A stretch of 64,000 bases of DNA, taken from contig JBBRPR010000010.1 of assembly GCA_038227875.1 (NCBI GenBank), forward strand, positions 64,001-128,000, in the 5' to 3' direction. This DNA comes from Planctomycetota bacterium. Its GTDB lineage: Bacteria > Planctomycetota > SZUA-567 > H5-PLA8. The position numbers were made by a program, and so were the translations under genes. Positions 63,338 to 64,000 of this stretch are shown here, in pieces. Numbering within the stretch: the stretch's first letter is position 1; every line of letters starts with the position of its first letter. The notes under the pieces are model-generated. The model ran no database searches, was not told where the DNA came from, and saw nothing but the letters and a program-made list of their open reading frames with translations.

Positions 63338-64000
63338 TCACACCGGTTTGATCCGGTCGATCGCCTTCTGAAACAGATCGCTGAGGATCGTCACGCGCAC
63401 GCGGTTGCCGGGGATGGGAATTTTCTCGGCGGCGAATGCGCGGTTGATCCGTTCGACGAACAGGTTGTTGATCACGTCCTGCTGCTGCGGCAGCACGTAA
63501 ACGCGGATGCGCAGGTAGACATCCTGCGTGGAACTGCTGATCACACCCTCCACGCGCGGCGGCACGGTGAAGTAGGGCAGTTCCTTCGCCAGATCGACGC
63601 AGATGCGGCCGGCGATTTCGCGGGCTTTTTCGCCGAAGCTGGCGTTTTCCAAAGAGACGTCGACGACGGCGGGAATCGCGCCGGTGGTGTAGTTGCTGAC
63701 CATGCCGATGGTGCGATTGAAGATCACGTGCTGCGCGCCAAGCTGGTCGCGGAGCTTGACCACGCGCAGTCCGATCTCTTCGACCGCGCCGGACTTGCCG
63801 TTGATCTCCACGTAATCACCCACGGCCAGTTGCTCTTCAGCGAGCATCGACAGGCCGGTAATCAAATCCTGGACGAGCCCCTGCGAGCCGAAGCCGATGG
63901 CCGCGGCGACGACCGCCGAACCGGCGAGCAGGGAATCGCGCGGCACACCCCAGAGCGTCAGAATCCAGAGCAGTGCGGCGATGTAGATGGCGTACTTGGC
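63338..64000 (-). CDS. MscS family mechanosensitive channel (partial, start beyond window)
   Basis: AIGFGSQGLVQDLITG, VGDYVEI, SGAVEEIGLR. Confidence 0.9.
   Translation of the reverse strand, partial: AKYAIYIAALLWILTLWGVPRDSLLAGSAVVAAAIGFGSQGLVQDLITGLSMLAEEQLAVGDYVEINGKSGAVEEIGLRVVKLRDQLGAQHVIFNRTIGMVSNYTTGAIPAVVDVSLENASFGEKAREIAGRICVDLAKELPYFTVPPRVEGVISSSTQDVYLRIRVYVLPQQQDVINNLFVERINRAFAAEKIPIPGNRVRVTILSDLFQKAIDRIKPV

Overview
GC-rich bacterial chromosomal segment, most likely from a Planctomycetota member. This is inferred from the mcsA-mcsB pair without ctsR, PQQ-propeller/methyltransferase fusions, a DUF4159/BatA/vWA/MoxR cluster and ECF sigma/anti-sigma pairs. About 40 CDSs are supported; no rRNA, tRNA, CRISPR array or transposase was seen. 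Housekeeping-type genes are mcsA, mcsB, selA, acylphosphatase, smpB, rlmN and a divergent EF-G paralog. The most striking locus is 48.1-62.1 kb: ECF sigma, anti-sigma, two stand-alone mini-secretins, a second ECF sigma, a ~2566-aa anti-sigma and a porin. The giant anti-sigma (Zn finger-TM-FecR-VIT-vWA ... TPR-DUF2135-like) carries a ~1200-aa lower-GC insert. That insert looks like a mosaic of fragments of other envelope proteins: a secretin N-domain, a porin N-terminus, a secretin-associated TPR region and a coiled-coil/beta domain. I propose this is an 'integrated decoy/bait' envelope-surveillance sensor (inference). Other notable items are several apparent pseudoenzymes (a dead GDPD before mcsAB, a dead MoxR beside an intact one, a caspase-fold protein without its dyad), a split DUF4175-like gene, a structured uORF leader before the EF-G paralog, a sigma54-type promoter on a porin, and heptamer-repeat inverted elements. 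All family assignments come from motif recognition by eye, not database searches.
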